Positions 1 through 13,912 of a stretch of 64,000 nt of DNA are shown piece after piece (within the stretch, counting starts at the first letter, position 1; each line of letters opens with the position of its first letter). The DNA is taken from NCBI RefSeq assembly GCF_009834535.1, contig NC_045697.1, positions 6,078,001-6,142,000 of the forward strand. The letters run 5' to 3'. Source of the stretch: Camelus ferus. Its lineage: Eukaryota. The position numbers were made by a program, and so were the translations under genes. Below the pieces are notes generated by a model. It was not told the origin of the DNA, made no database searches, and saw only the letters and a list, made by a program, of their open reading frames with translations.

Positions 1-3000
1 CTCACAGAGCCCCGGGGTGGGGAGCGTGTGTCCGCACCACCTTACGCCGGCTTGGCCTGTCACTGTCTCCACCGCAGATCATGCAGGAGTCATCATCACC
101 TACCCTACAGGGTGAGTCCAGATGCTGAGATGCTCAGGTCATGGCCCCACGTGTGTTGTTCCACAAGTGCTGCTTCTGGTACAAACTCATGGTCTGGTTG
201 TTATTTCATTAACAACAGAGACCTCAAGAGCATGGCTGTATGATTCCCCTCACGCTTTCCTGTCTTACGAATAATCCTGAAATTACCCTTCAAAGGCATA
301 ACACTAACCTCTCAGAAAGTTGTCGCAAGTTCTAGACGTAAGTGAAGTCACCTGCCCAAAGGGTCCCCTTTCAAGAAACTCCAGCTTCTCCCCCCTTTCT
401 TACAACTTGTCTCTGCTTTTCAAAGGGTTCGGATGTCCTCTGTCTCAAGCGATCTTGTGGGAAAGTAGAGTCAGAAGCTATTAGTCCCGTTTCACAGACA
501 AGGAAACCGAGGCTGGCGAGGTGGGGAGACAGGTTGAAAGTCCTGCCGCAACATAATTTCTATGAAATCAACTTTGTACCTCCCTCATTTTAGGGAGAGA
601 AATCCACGCAGTTTTTTAAGGTTGTTGACCTGCAGGGTCCCTCCTCTGGCCAACCTACAGGGATGGGCTGGCGCTGAGCACGTGTGAATCTGTCTTACAG
701 AGAAACTCCATTTCACCTTCACAACACTCCAGTCTTCATTCCCATTTGACAGTTGAGAAAACTGAGGCACCAAGAAGCAGAGTAACGCATTCAGAGTCAT
801 GAATCTGCTGAATGGCAAGAGCAGCACCGCCAGCCGGCAGCGGGGCACCCGGCTCTGTGCTCTCCGCCGCTGTGCGGTCCAGCTTCCCTGACTAGGCCTT
901 TACAGAGATCGCCCTTCTCTCTCCCGAGGGGGTTAGGTAACCAGCATTCTCTCCTAAAAATGATGCTCCCTGGACTTGAAGCCCATCTTTAATCCCTTTA
1001 CCAGCCTTCTGTGTTCCAGCTGAACCATGCCGGTTCCCAGGGCTCATTGCTCAGACCATGGCTTCGCCTGCCACCTCCTTCAGCAAATCCTCACTGTGGG
1101 TCATCTGTGATCAGACCAGTGGCCTCCAATGGAGTCCATGAAAGGAAGGAAAAAAAAAGAAAGGAGGGAAGGCAGGCAGGCAGGCAAGGAAATGTGGTTT
1201 GTTCTAAGGCTCACACAAGCACAAGGATGCCCATATGAACTGGACTTTCCTATTGATGACCTCAATTTTGGGGATATGGGAGTCTTGATTTCCAGAGACT
1301 AGGGACCGGTCTGGTTACCAAGGAGTTCTGAACCCTGGATCACAACCTTGGGCCTTTCACAGCCTCATTCAGCTTTGCAGTTGGACCCAAGTTCAAATTC
1401 TGATCCTTCGACTTACTTAGCTCGGGGCCTTGAGCAAATTGCTTATTCTCTGGAATCACATGAGAAGAGTAATTAACATTTATTTTGCAGGGCTGCCATG
1501 AGGTTAACAGAGGTGATATCCTAGTATGGGCCTGGTACACGACTGGGAGCAAAGAGACATTGCTTCTTTTTTCCCTTTGCTGTGGCGCTGAGCCAACGTG
1601 AGTGGCCCGTCTTCACTGAAGAGTGAGTGGGTCTGTGCCCCCAGACCTGTGACTTTGTGTCTGGGTTGAGGGTATGAAACTCACCTCTCAAGACCCGAGT
1701 GGGAAGTCGAGGAGCTGAAGACCAGCAAACCTCTCTCAGGAGCCCCCATCTAACGTCATCAGCCACTGCCCTTCCTCCTTGGATGCCCTCTCCCCCTTGG
1801 GGTCTCTGTCAGCTACCCGGTGCCCCTCCCCTGCACATGGACACCCCTGGTGGATCTTTGCTGGACCCACTGACGAACGAGCACGGTACCCGTGCCTCTC
1901 GGGTGCTGCCTGGTCGTCTATACGACGCTAGGCTGCACCCAGGTGCACGCTCCCATCCCCTCCGCCTCTGAGTGCCCTGCATTCCCTGCTCACGCAGGCT
2001 ATGGGGCTGGATTTTCAAAGCGATGCTAACATCTCATTTCAGTCACGTTGTCATTCATTCAGTCCGTGGACATTTCCTCAAGGACAGGGCAGGTGTGAGG
2101 ACAGCAGCAGCAGGACCAGAGCAGCGGGTGTGAGTGCTGGAGGAGGGACCGTCGGCATGGAGCTCTGGGCTGCATTTAGCTTTTCCTGACAAATCTCCAT
2201 CCTCAGCGTTCTCGCCTCTGACGTGCCCCCTTTCAGAAGCTGTGGAGGGCGGGGCGCGTCCCAGCCACCAGGCACCTGCCGTGCTCTCACAGGAAGAGTC
2301 ATCATCAGTATCATCGTTTTTCATGAAGAAAGGGCTTTTTCAGAACCTCACCTTTTCTTTATCTTTGAAACACCTCAGATGTCAGGAGGCGACTGAAGCC
2401 AAAGAGAGGGCAGAGATTTCAAACAGAGACCATTTTCTGGCGCTGCTTCTTGTCCCCAGCCCCTCAGCACGTGGGCGTCCCTCCTTCCGGGCTGTGTGTG
2501 GTTTAGGTGAGCAGGTGCATGAGTGAGCGTGGGGTGGGGGAGCCGAGAGAAAACTCTGGCTGAGCAGGTGAAGACCCCCCCGGTGGCATCCTCATGGTCT
2601 GTGTCCAGGAGTCTGAGAAGGAGAGTCCACGTTTTGTCATGGAAAGAAATCACCAGAATAAATCTCACACTCTTCAGCTTGGCGCTCAAGATGCTCCATG
2701 TGGCCACCTGTGCAGCCTCAGCTCCTTCCCATCTGCAGTGGTTCCAGGCTCTCGGAGAACTCCTCTCTGACACCTCTGAGCCTTTGCATGTGTTGTTCCC
2801 TCTGCCTGGAAGACCTCTGACTTCCTGTGGCTTGCCTGGAAAACTATTAGCTCTTCCTTTAAAACCAGCTCAGATGTCCTCTCCCTGTGGGTCCTGCCCT
2901 GACACCCCTCGTCCATGCTCCACCGCACGTGTCTCTATTACTGCCCTTTAACATGGCATTGGGCACGTGTTCTCTTTGTGTCTGCTACACATGCTGGGGT

Positions 3001-5869
3001 CCAGCCGGGCCAGGAAGAGGGAGGTCACTCCTGGCCAGTGATTTATTTCAGTATTTTGCAGATTTGTTGCCAAGTGTTTAATGTTGGAGTATTTGGGAAA
3101 AAAAATCAACTGTAGGTACATAGAAAATTAAGCAAGTGAAAAGTAACAACAAAGGAATTATTAACTCCAGGAGAAACAAACAGTTGTACGAGAAAGGAAA
3201 GTAATCAGGGTACATAATCATAATACAACTGCCAGACAGTGAATTATAAGAAATTGTGCTGTAACTGTATGGGTAAGGTAGAGAAGGAGGAGGGGAGGGA
3301 CAGTGGTGTAAGGGTGCTTAGACCTCAACTATTACAACAGGACATCAATGAGAATGTCCAAAGGGAGTGAATCTACAAGTAGTGTTACAGCGGATACTTT
3401 ATACGTAGCTATATGGAGATAGTTTGGTTATAAGGAACAGGCTCAAATTATTTTAAAATATGGGGGAATTATCAAATAACAACTAGAAGAGTCACAAGAG
3501 GCTGGAGAGGGTGGAGGAATGGATCACTGTTCCTCATTATATCCCCTATGAGCCTCTTAGTAGGACTGAATGTTTTTGACTATTTGCATGTATTGTTTTG
3601 ACTAAAATAATTTAAAATTTGTTTTAAATCAAATATACAGTTGAGACTTGAACAATTTTTGTTTGGGGCACTTTTCTGGAATTAAGTGCACTCCCTGGGG
3701 ATTCTAGTGACGAATCCCCGGTCTGTATGCTCAGCACCATTTGCTGTGATTCAGCCACGCAAACAGAGCTGGTCTGGGCCTGAGAAGCCCGAAGGCTCTG
3801 GCTCTCGGGGAGGGGCTGAGTCACACCCCAGGTCTGACTGCTGGGTTTGTGTGTGCGGGATGAAGGAGATGATGTTTGTCAAATTGTCGTTCTCAACACC
3901 AAGCCCTCCTGGGCAAGGACCCAGGCTCACTGGGAGACAGTCTCCCTTCAGTGTTTCAGCACAGAAAGGAGCTGCTATTAGGGGGTACTGTTGGGGAAGC
4001 TCAGAGGTCAAGTTAACATGTGAGAGGAGGCTTATTGTTCTAAACGCTGAGACTTGAAATCCACCAGAAGCAACATCGGCCTCATGTAATTATGGAAGCA
4101 CAGTGTTCTAGTCTGCATCTCCCCGGGGCCCTGCATCTTCCCAGCTCTCTCAGACTCCATTCAACCGCACTGAAAACACAAAACAGGCTCTTCTGCCTGG
4201 AAGAAAACAAGCTTTGCCTTCACTTGCCCAAGATAGCGCCTTCCATCCAATTAAGCCAATGAAAGAGGTGCTTAGCCTCCCGACGAAGTGCTTCCTCAGC
4301 CAGCCAACAACATCTACCCACTCCAGGCAGCGCAGGAAAGAGAAAGGTGAATCCTAAGGAGAGGGGTGCAGCCCCAGTGGGCACACAGGCGGGGTGAAGT
4401 CAGAGGGAGCGGGAAGAAAGGGCACATCCCAACGTTACCCTCGCAGACCGGAGACCCAGAAAGCGGCTATTATGAGAACTCAACAGAGCGAGCGAGAGCC
4501 TTTGTCGGGAGCATCAGGCCAAGCTCAAGTGATGTTCAGCTTCTTTCTATTTTCAGGAGGGATGCTAAATTTATGCTCCTTTTCTGGAGTTTAGAGTTAT
4601 TTGAGGATCTTTCTTGAAGGCTGAGGGATGTGGCTTGAGAGAGGTAGAGGCAGAGTAAGTGACAGAGGACGAGGGGACGGCAGGAGGATTATGGGATGTG
4701 GGGGAGCGGAGGGTACTCAGAAATACAGGCAGCGGAGTGGTGGCTAGAGGTTAGATGGATTAGGATGGGAGACTGGACACAAATGCAGGGGGCTTGGATG
4801 CCAGACTGAGGAACCTGGGCTTCATTTGGTGGACACAGGATCCACTGCTTTACCAGATGGCCACTCTTGATAAAATTCAGTGATAAGCACTTTTACATGT
4901 AGTAGCTCATTCAGTGATTACATTAACCCCATGGAGTGTGTGTGAGTGTGTCCATTTTACAGATACAGAAACTGAGACCCAGAGAATCGCAGTAACTTGT
5001 CCACATTACACAGCTAGAGAGGAGCAGGGGCAGGAAAGCTATGACTTTCTGACTCCCACGCGGGAGCATCTTCCCCGCTGCTTCCCCACTCCCTCTGAGG
5101 GCACTGCCCGAGGAAGAGGATTGGGCAGATGTGACTGAAATGACAGACGCGTGGGGGGGTGGGGCCCCGGCTGCCCTGTCCTCTCCTCATCTCATCGTCG
5201 TTGCCTCCCTGGTCGTCTAGTTGAGCCGCTCTGTCTTCATCTGTGCCGAGCTCCCTCTCAATTATTATTTTTGCCCTGGCCGTTTGCTCTACTTGGAATG
5301 GTGTCTCCTTTTCCTCCCACCTGGTTACCTAATTGTCCCCTAGCCCTCAAGGTGGACATCATCCTCTCCAGAAAGGCTTCCCTGGCTGTCCCCTGCTGCC
5401 TTAGGGCTGCTCACGGGGTCCCTCCACCCCTGGGCTTTCTACACTACACGAGCCACCACTGCCTGTGGTCCCTTCCAGCTGCCCCTCACACAGAGAGCTC
5501 CTTGCAGGCAGGGACCTGGCCTGGCTCCTCTCTGTGAGGTCTGGTGAGTTGTGGCTGCTCCATAAATATTGGTTGATTTGAGCAAAATGAGTTGGTCAGA
5601 ATGATATGGACATAGGAGGTAAAGATAACAGATGCAGGTCATATGCAGTGGTCCAGAGGAGAGGCGAGGAGAATTCAGGGGCAGTTGGCAGGGAGGAAGA
5701 GAGGGGCTGCATGAGATGGAGATGTGGAGGGAGATGGACAGGACCAGTGGGAAGGGGAAGAAACTAGGCTGGGTGAGGGCTGCCGCAGAGACATCTCTGG
5801 GGTAGGGCTAGGACTCTCCGCAGCAATCCGCCTCTGCCACTCTCATGCTTCATTCGCATCTCAGCCCTA

Positions 5870-6130
5870 GAGGCCTCCCCCAGCCTGCCTAAAACCTCTC
5901 TAAAATAACCTCCCTCACCATCTGACCCATCCTTCCTGCTTTGTTCTGCTTCACAGCATTCATTACTGCCTGACTTCAAATATTTATTTGTCTCTGATCT
6001 GTGTCCTCCACTAAAATGCAAGGTTCATGAGGGCAGGGATCTGTCTGTTTTGTTCACTGCTGGATAGAGCCTAGAAGAGTGCCAGGCACACAGTAGGTGC
6101 TTGATAAATGTTTGTTGAATGAATGAATGC
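5870..6130 (+). mobile_element. L2 3' end
   Basis: catgagggcagggatctgtctgttttgttcactgc...gtgccaggcacacagtaggtgc...tgttgaatgaatgaatg. Confidence 0.88.
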
Positions 6131-6181
6131 ATCACTAACGGACAAAGTCCAAATGGGGGCTTGGGCTCCTGCTGGCTACAG

Positions 6182-6196
6182 ACACTAGAGGGCGCC
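6182..6196 (+). promoter_or_regulatory. CTCF-like motif
   Basis: ACACTAGAGGGCGCC. Confidence 0.4.
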
Positions 6197-8837
6197 TGAC
6201 CACAGGCTGGATCTGGCAAAGCACCCAGGTGCCCCAAAATTTGAGCGCTGAGTCCTAGGCAGCGGCTCCCTGACAATGCCAGAGGAGAGCTTAGAACCGT
6301 TCCCGAAATAGGACGACTCCTCAGGAAAGGGCGGCGGAGCTTTCCCCCACTTACTCAACAGCATCTTCTCCCAGTCTCCTGGGTGAAGGGCACAAACTCA
6401 AAGATGACAGGTGACTTGGCTACGCCTGTCCTCACGGAGAGGAGAGGAAGGACCGAGCGCTGTGCTAGGAGTCTCACATATAATAATGCATTCGTAATGC
6501 CTACCCAGGTCCAAGATCATGTCCAAGATCACTGGCCAGAGAGCCATGGGCAAAGTTTCCCCTCTGGGTCTCTGTTTTCTAACCTGTAAAATGGGGTGAT
6601 GACAGAACCTACCTCCCAGGTGGAGGCAGGATTTAAGTGAGAGGATGTGGCTGAAGCCCACTGCTTGGCACCAGGTCAGCACTGTGCAAACTCTAGTCGT
6701 CCTACTCCAGCCTCGCATCTCCTCCTCCGCTGTGGGGTGAAGGGTCATCCCCACCCCCATCTCCAAATGGGGGAACTGGAGTTCAGAGGCACTGAGTGAC
6801 TTGCACAGGACAGTCAGGCAAATCAAAGATTGGGATGGGACAGAGCTGGCCATCTTGGAGCCTCCTCAGTTCTTGCCTGAAGGTCTCCCCTGTCCCAGGG
6901 TGGTGTGGGGCTTGCATGAGATGGCTCAGGGCCTATTTCTGAGAGAGAGGCCGCACGTGGGGCAGTGGAGGGGGCCGGGCCTGCTGGCCGGGGGCTGAGG
7001 GTTCAGTCCTCCTTGGCAGCTGCACAGCCCAGAGCCAGGCACCAAAGATCTCTGAGACTTGCCCTCCTCCTCATCTGAGAAATGGGTCTAGTGATGTCAC
7101 TGACCCCAGGGAGGAAGAGCCATTGCACAAAGAGTCCCGGAGGCCGCAGGGGACGCAACCCCTCTGCACGTCTGCACAGCAGTGTGTAGGTCACAAGGCG
7201 TCTCAGGTGCATCTTCTTGTCTCTCCAACAGCCCCATGAGATGAGGATGACAACAAATGGCCAGACTCCTGGACGTGATGAGGGTGCACCTTTGCTGTTC
7301 AGAAGCATTTGTTGACGAGAATGTGTTATAACCAGACCAACCAGGTGGTAAGAGCTGGCCGTGGGCGGGGAGCACTTTGTTACAAGCACTTCTGTTGAGC
7401 TGGGTTCTGCCCAAGAAAGGCCAAGGTGGGGATTCCAGCACCGTGCATTCCAACCCCAGCTCTGCGGCTTGCTACCTGTGTGTGACCTTGAGCGCATCTG
7501 TAAGTCTCTCTGTGCCTCAGCGTTCTCATCTGTGAGATGGGGATGATATTGAAGGTACCTAATTCCTAGAGGGTTGTGTGGATTCCGAGTTACCACGTGG
7601 AACCAGCCCCCAGCAAATGTCAGCTTTTGGAGCTTGGAGCCAGAGTCTGATGATGCATGACCCTGCTCTCTGCCTGACTTTTGCCGAATTGTCCTGCCAA
7701 CCAGTTTTCCCTCCAGGGCATACCAGCCTGGCTGCCAGGGCCACGTGAGTCACAGGGCAGGAGCCTCAGGGCCAAGCCACCTCCAGAGCCGCCCAGCTTC
7801 CCTCCTTAGGGCTCAGGAGATTCTCTCTCCTTTCCAACACCCACACCAGGCCACCTACTCAGAGGTCAGCTGGGCTAATTGCTTTCGCCTGAAGCTGTCT
7901 TGAAGACAGGACAGCAAAGTTCAGGCAAGCTTCAAAGACTGTCTTTAAAATTCCAGATGACACGGCTTCAAGACCTATTAAATTTATCTTCGTATCCCTT
8001 CAACCTTCCTTGCTTGCAGGCTGAGATACCAGCTGAGCGGGCCAGGGGCTGAAGTGCCCCCAGCCCAGGGGCATGTGTCACCACACGACATGAGCCATCA
8101 CGCAGCAGCTCGAGCAGACAGGAGCCTTGGAGCGACTTCCGTGCAGGCCCCTCCTTTTAGTGACGTGGAGCTCGAGGTCAGGAGAGGGGACCGCCCAAAG
8201 TCACAGCACGAGGCTCGGTGGCCTGACTCTTGCCCGCTCGCTCACATCACAGCAGATGAGCTGGGGGGTCCATTTGGGTTCTCAGGAGAAAGAAGCATTA
8301 GACAATTCATGAACTGGGGTATTCGTTATCATTCCGAGGTCAGGGGAGGTTTGTGCATTCCTTCCACAATTAGGGAGCATCTCAGTGCTGCAGACCCACC
8401 GTGGAATCTCTGATGATACAAAGAAGCCTCTGACTGCAGTTCCTGGGAAAGACCAGCAGGAGGATGGCCACTTGGCTCGGAAACAAAGCAAAGCGAGTCT
8501 CCAAGTGAGGAGGGTGGTTTGGGGAAGACCTAGGCGGGAACAGCTAACTCTAGTGGCTCACAGGAAAGAGGTTATGCACACGAGGTGTCCAGTACATGCC
8601 TTGCATGGAGTGAAGATAACAGAGCTGATATTTAGGGACGGAGTCCTAAAGACTCTACATGTAACGCTGCATCTAATTTGCACAACAACTCAGTGAGCTG
8701 TGCACATTTATACCCATTGTGCTAACAAAGACACACAAGAGGTTAAGTAACCTGCCCAAAGCCACAGACCTAACAGCCAGGTTCCTAATGCAGGCATTGG
8801 TCCCAAGGTCCTAGCTCTGAACCACTCTCCTGGGAGG

Positions 8838-8950
8838 GGAGTTCTCAAAGTTGACGAGGCATCAGATTCCCCAGGAGGGCTTGTTAAGACACAGATTGCT
8901 AAGCTATACCCCAGAATTTCAGATTCAGCAGGAATTGGTTGGGGCAGGGG
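8838..8950. mobile_element. MER5A-like hAT relic
   Basis: gttctcaaagtt...gcatcagat...ggagggcttgttaagacacagattgct...ccccagaatttcagattcagcagg. Confidence 0.75.
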
Positions 8951-9612
8951 TCACACTCCAAGGATCCCCGCAAGGCTGCACTCTGATTCCAGCTGTGAGT
9001 CGTCCCTAAACAAATCTTATTAATAGCAATTTTTCAGACATGAGTTCTAATACTCGACAAAAGGCAGAGCCCTTCCCACACAGAACAGAATTCTTCTTCC
9101 CATTATTGGAGAGGTGAATTATAGCCAACACAGGAAGCTGACAGGACGCCCCACTTGAAAGCCTGAATTATCTGAAAGAGAAAACTCAAGCGCTCAGAAT
9201 GTCATTTGAAGGAGTCTGGACATCACCCGGTGAGGACCTCTGAAGTGGCAGGAAGAATGCAGCGATGACAGTCTCTAATTTTCTTTTTTCCTATTTCCCA
9301 TCAAAGGAAATTCATCATGTGGCTGCTCCCCACCCACCAGAGCATTTTCTCTGGCTACAGAAGACATCTGAGTTGTGCCCAAAATGAGATTCTTCTTTTC
9401 AAAGAGAAAAGATGTGATTTCTAAGTCACTGGAGAATGAAGAAGATTCTCATCGGGTTAGAATGTTGTTGGGTCTGTTTGGGGCTCAAAATCACTGTAAT
9501 GTGAATGAATACGTGTCTTATATTTTTATAAAAATCAAGTGCTCTTTTCTTCCCGGGCTTAAAGGAAGGACAGAGAATTCTAGATCAAAAGCTCAGAGAA
9601 AATAGATACTTT

Positions 9613-10217
9613 TGTTGTCGACGGGGAAGGTTCTTGTCTCATCTCAGAAAGAATTCAGAAACGAGACACCGGGGGCAAGAAAGCAAAGCAAAGATTTATT
9701 AAGGGATAGACTGTATGCTTGCAAGGAAAGAGCAGGCAGACCCAGGTGGGCAGCTGCCCCGAGTTTCTTTGGCAGGCTGGTTATCGGGTGTAAAAATGAA
9801 TGGGCAGAATATTCATCGGTGGGGAGGGGCTTGGTGTCGTCTTTCCTGAGCTTCCTCCCAGCTCCACCTTCCCAGGGGGAGGAAGGGTTTTTCATGCTTA
9901 TTTAGTCTTGATCGGGAAGTCGGATGAGGTCATAATACACAAAAGGTTACGTTTGGATGGAGGTCATAAGTGAAGGTTACAGTCGGATGGAGGTCATAAT
10001 GAGCAAGCGATGGTGGAGCTTCTTGTCTTGTCCCACTTTTCTTTGCCTCCAGGACACCTGTCAACCCAGAGTGTATGGGTTCTTATCAGTCTGGAGGTTC
10101 CTGTTTTTCTTAGTCTGTTCAAGGACCCCTGTTGTTCACAAGATGAATGGTTTTCTGTCATTTGGCCCCGGGGTGCCCCTTTCTCTGCTCATATCTAGCT
10201 ACTTGCCTGCTCTAACC
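9613..10217 (-). mobile_element. ERV1-class solo LTR
   Basis: Starts tgttg and ends tctaacc; 4-bp TSD cttt (9609-9612 and 10218-10221); minus-strand AATAAA near 9697; internal short direct repeats. Confidence 0.8.
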
Positions 10218-12858
10218 CTTTTACCCACTCAGGGCCTGGGACAACATGACACTGAAAAGGACTGGCCTGCCGGCCTTCTACGCCAGGACTCTAAACTTGT
10301 GGGATGTTCCCCCACGCTCCCTATCAGCACGGCCAGCTCTGCAGGTCCTGCTGCACAGAGGTCATGGCTGCAAAGCCAGGAAGCTCCGGCTCCAGCCAGC
10401 CTCCACCGCCTTCTTGCTGTGGTCACTGGGGTGATTATTTAAGGGGTGATTATTAAACCTCTCTGGGACCGAATTTTTAATCTCTAAAATAGAAAGTCAT
10501 AATATTTATTTCCAAGTATTGAATTAAATGAGCTATTGGCTGACATCTATTTAGCACCAGCTCCAGGTACTCTTTCGAGTGTTTGACATATATTTCCTTC
10601 TTCAGGTCTTACAATAGTCCCATGAAACAGGGGCCACTGTAAGCCCATCGGATAGGTGAGGAAACAGGCTAAGAGAGGTTCAGAAACTTACTCAAAGCCC
10701 CACAGCACGTGGGCAGTGGGGCTGGGAGGCAGAGCCGGGCAGTCTGGACCCAGAACCCGCACGGCCGCTACCTGACGAGCTGTGCGTCCTGCCCTTTGGA
10801 CTTCATTCTTCTACTACAGAATCACACGTTCTCAACCCTTCTTCATCTTGTGTGGAGTTTTTCTGATATGAGATTCTTAGTATTTTGTAGGTTAACATTA
10901 ATTATTGTAATGAAATCATGATCGTTTTGTAATGTCAGGTCTCTGTGTTACAATGCGCCAAGAAAGAGATACTGTCCTTCAGCAAACATAGACTGTTTAC
11001 AAAAATTAATCCCAAACCAGTCACAGAGTAACTTCCACGTGTTCCCCAAAGCAGTAATTTATGGATTACGTTCTCTTTACACAACAAAATAAAACTGGTG
11101 ATGAGTGACAACAACAGAGTCACATCTACTTGGGAATTGAAAACATTGTTCTAAATAATTGTTCTGAATATGGAATCAAGATGAAAAATTATTTAGAAGC
11201 ACTAACATTGAAAAAATGTTTTTCTAAAATTTTGGGAAAGTTGGCAAATCTATGTTCAAAGGAAAAAATGTATGAATAATAAAGACAAAGCAGAAATTAA
11301 TAAAACTGGAAAGCCATAAAATGGATAACAGAATTTAATCTTTCAAATAACAAAATTAGAGGCAACAATCTGGAAATTTTATTTCAAAAGAGAGAAGGCA
11401 AAATCAAATAAATAAAATTAAATCAAGAAAGAAGATGTAAAGAATAGACATGAGAACATTAAACTTTATTTAGTCATATGTATAGCTGTGTCCATATTTG
11501 AATGTTTCAATGAAATGAGTGCTTTTTTGAAAAGGCAGAAATTTAAAAAATTGACTCAAAAGAAAATAGATTAGATTAATTAAAGAAGAAACTGATGAAA
11601 TTTCCTCAAAGAATGCTTTCCTGAAAAGACCAGGTTGAGATGGTTTTACTAGTGAGGATGTTTGATACTTTACTTATCAACTAATGTTATATACTATCTT
11701 TTAGAATGAGTAAAAGATGAAAGGAGATAAAAATTAAAACTCTAGACTAATCTCATCACTGGATATAGGTATATAAATCTAAACAAGATATTAATGAATC
11801 AAATTTAACAACATATAAAAAGAATATTCCACAGTGACCAATAAAGATATACCCCAGGATGTAAGGATGGTTTAATACAAGGGCATCCTAATGATATAAA
11901 ATACCCAATAATTGATTGTCAGGTAACAAAAAAGCATCAATAGCTTAATAAAAATCAGAAAATATTTTCCACATTGCTTATAGTCTATAAAAACTAAGAT
12001 GAGATGGATAATTCCTTACCAAGATAAATAATATCCATTTAAAATTAGTTAAGAATTAATAAACTTAATACTGAAACACAATAGGTATCCCCAATAAATC
12101 ATGAAAAAACAAAGATGCCCACTACAGTCAACATTGTTAACATAACTGGCCAAAGCAATAAGACATGATTGTCAGTAAAAAGAAAGAAAAGGCATAGCTA
12201 TTAGCAAGGAGGGGGCAGAATTATCACTCTTCGCAGATGTGATCAATGATCACTCATTTGAATTGCCTCAACAAACGGACAAATAAATAGAAAGCAAAAG
12301 AGAGTTCCAGATTGACGTATATAATCAATAGCTTTCCCATATTTTGTTAACAACCAAAAATGTAATGAAAAAAAAAACTCCAATAGCAGCAACAAGATGG
12401 AAAATAACTATAATTAATAAGAAAATTAGCTTTTATTGCTTAGTGAGAAATACAAAAACAGCTGAGTGATACAAAAGAAAACCTAAATGAAAAGGGAGGC
12501 ACGGTATGTTTCTCAATGGAAATAATGAATTATGAACAATCTCAATTGGGTTCAAACTAATGAATCAGTTTAACACAATTCCAACTAAAACTTCAATGAC
12601 ATTTTTATTTGTCTTGATAATGAGAAAATAGCTTTAAAGTTCCCACAGGAGAATACTGTTTCTGGCTCAGTTTTGAAAATGAAGACTAGGGAGGCCAGTA
12701 TTAAACATATGATAAATAAAGTTACCATGAGAAAAACAGCAAGGTGTGGGCACTGGAATAGAAATGTAAAAGGAACAAAGTGGATGGCCCAGAAGCAGAA
12801 ACTCAGGTATACTGTGAATTTAATGTGTGGTAAGGAAACCTCAAAAATCAACAGGGGA

Positions 12859-12985
12859 GGGTGGAAGGTGGAGCTCAAGTCATAGAGTGCATGCTGCGCA
12901 GGCCCGAGGTCCTGGGTTCAATACCCAGTACCTCCTCCAAGAATAGGTAAATAAATAAACCTAATTGCTTCATCCCCAAAAAAAC
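12859..12985 (+). mobile_element. Vic-1-type SINE
   Basis: agctcaagtcatagagtgcatg...gaggtcctgggttcaataccc...aaataaacctaatt; TSD-like atcaacagggga / atcaatagggga. Confidence 0.85.
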
Positions 12986-13450
12986 ATCAATAGGGGAGAG
13001 GTTGTTTGGGTTAAAGAAAAAGTGGTAAGTGAGGAAGGGCAGAGACGCATTTAAATGCTTTAACCATATTCTAAAATAACTCAAAAGATTTTAAGAATTA
13101 AATGTAAAAACCAGACACCACAGACCACCCACAAATAAATACAGATGAAGATTCCTGAGATGGGAAGAAGTTCCTAAGCTGAAAATCAGTGGAAGAAATC
13201 TCAAAGGAAAAGACTTTGTTAAATAAAAATGGTTTTTTATAATCCTCACATTGAAAATAAAAAGGAAATTAAAAGTAAAAAGAAGAACCATAAAAATATT
13301 TGCCACCAATATATTGAAGGGTTAATATCCTTCAAAGCAAAAGAGGTTGTAAAAATTACTAAGAGAGTCATTAACACCCCAACAGATGCATAAGCAAAGC
13401 ACACGAATAGACAATTTACAGAAGAAATGCCTGGAAACGAGTGAACTTAG

Positions 13451-13912
13451 TGTGGTGGGCTCAGTGGTGGCCTCCTCAGACATCCACATGCTAATTCCTG
13501 GAACCTGGGAATATTAAATTATATGGCAAACATTTTGTTTTGCAATTAAAGATCTCCAGATGGGAAGAGTATCCTGGATTATCTGGGTGGGCCCTAAATG
13601 CCCAGGTGCTTTTAGAAGAGGGAGGCAAAGGAACATTTGACCAGAAAAGGAAAAAGAGGAGCCAGCGTGACCACGGGGGCAGAGCCTGGAGCAATGTGGC
13701 CACAAGCAGAGGAACACTGGCCACCACCAGCAGCCAGATGAGTTAAGGAGCAGAACCTTGGCCAGAGCCTCCAGAGGGGGCACCACCCTTCTTACACCTC
13801 GATTTCATTCCAGTGAAACTGCTTTTGAACTTCTGGTATCCAGGAATACGAGAGGATAAATTTCAGTCTCTGTTGTGGTACCTTGTTACAGCACTAACAG
13901 GAAAATAAAGCA
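13451..13912 (+). mobile_element. MLT1 (MLT1D-like) MaLR LTR
   Basis: tgtggtggg...ctaattcctggaacctg...attatctgggtgggccctaaatg...ttgttacagc; TSD cttag/cttat. Confidence 0.85.

Noticed and set aside
1340..1552. ORF containing 'KLNEAVK', reminiscent of GLUT9 KHNEARAVK
   Set aside because: The rest of the exon peptide is absent, the region is MIR-like, and there is no matching splice structure. The next exon probably lies beyond the window start.
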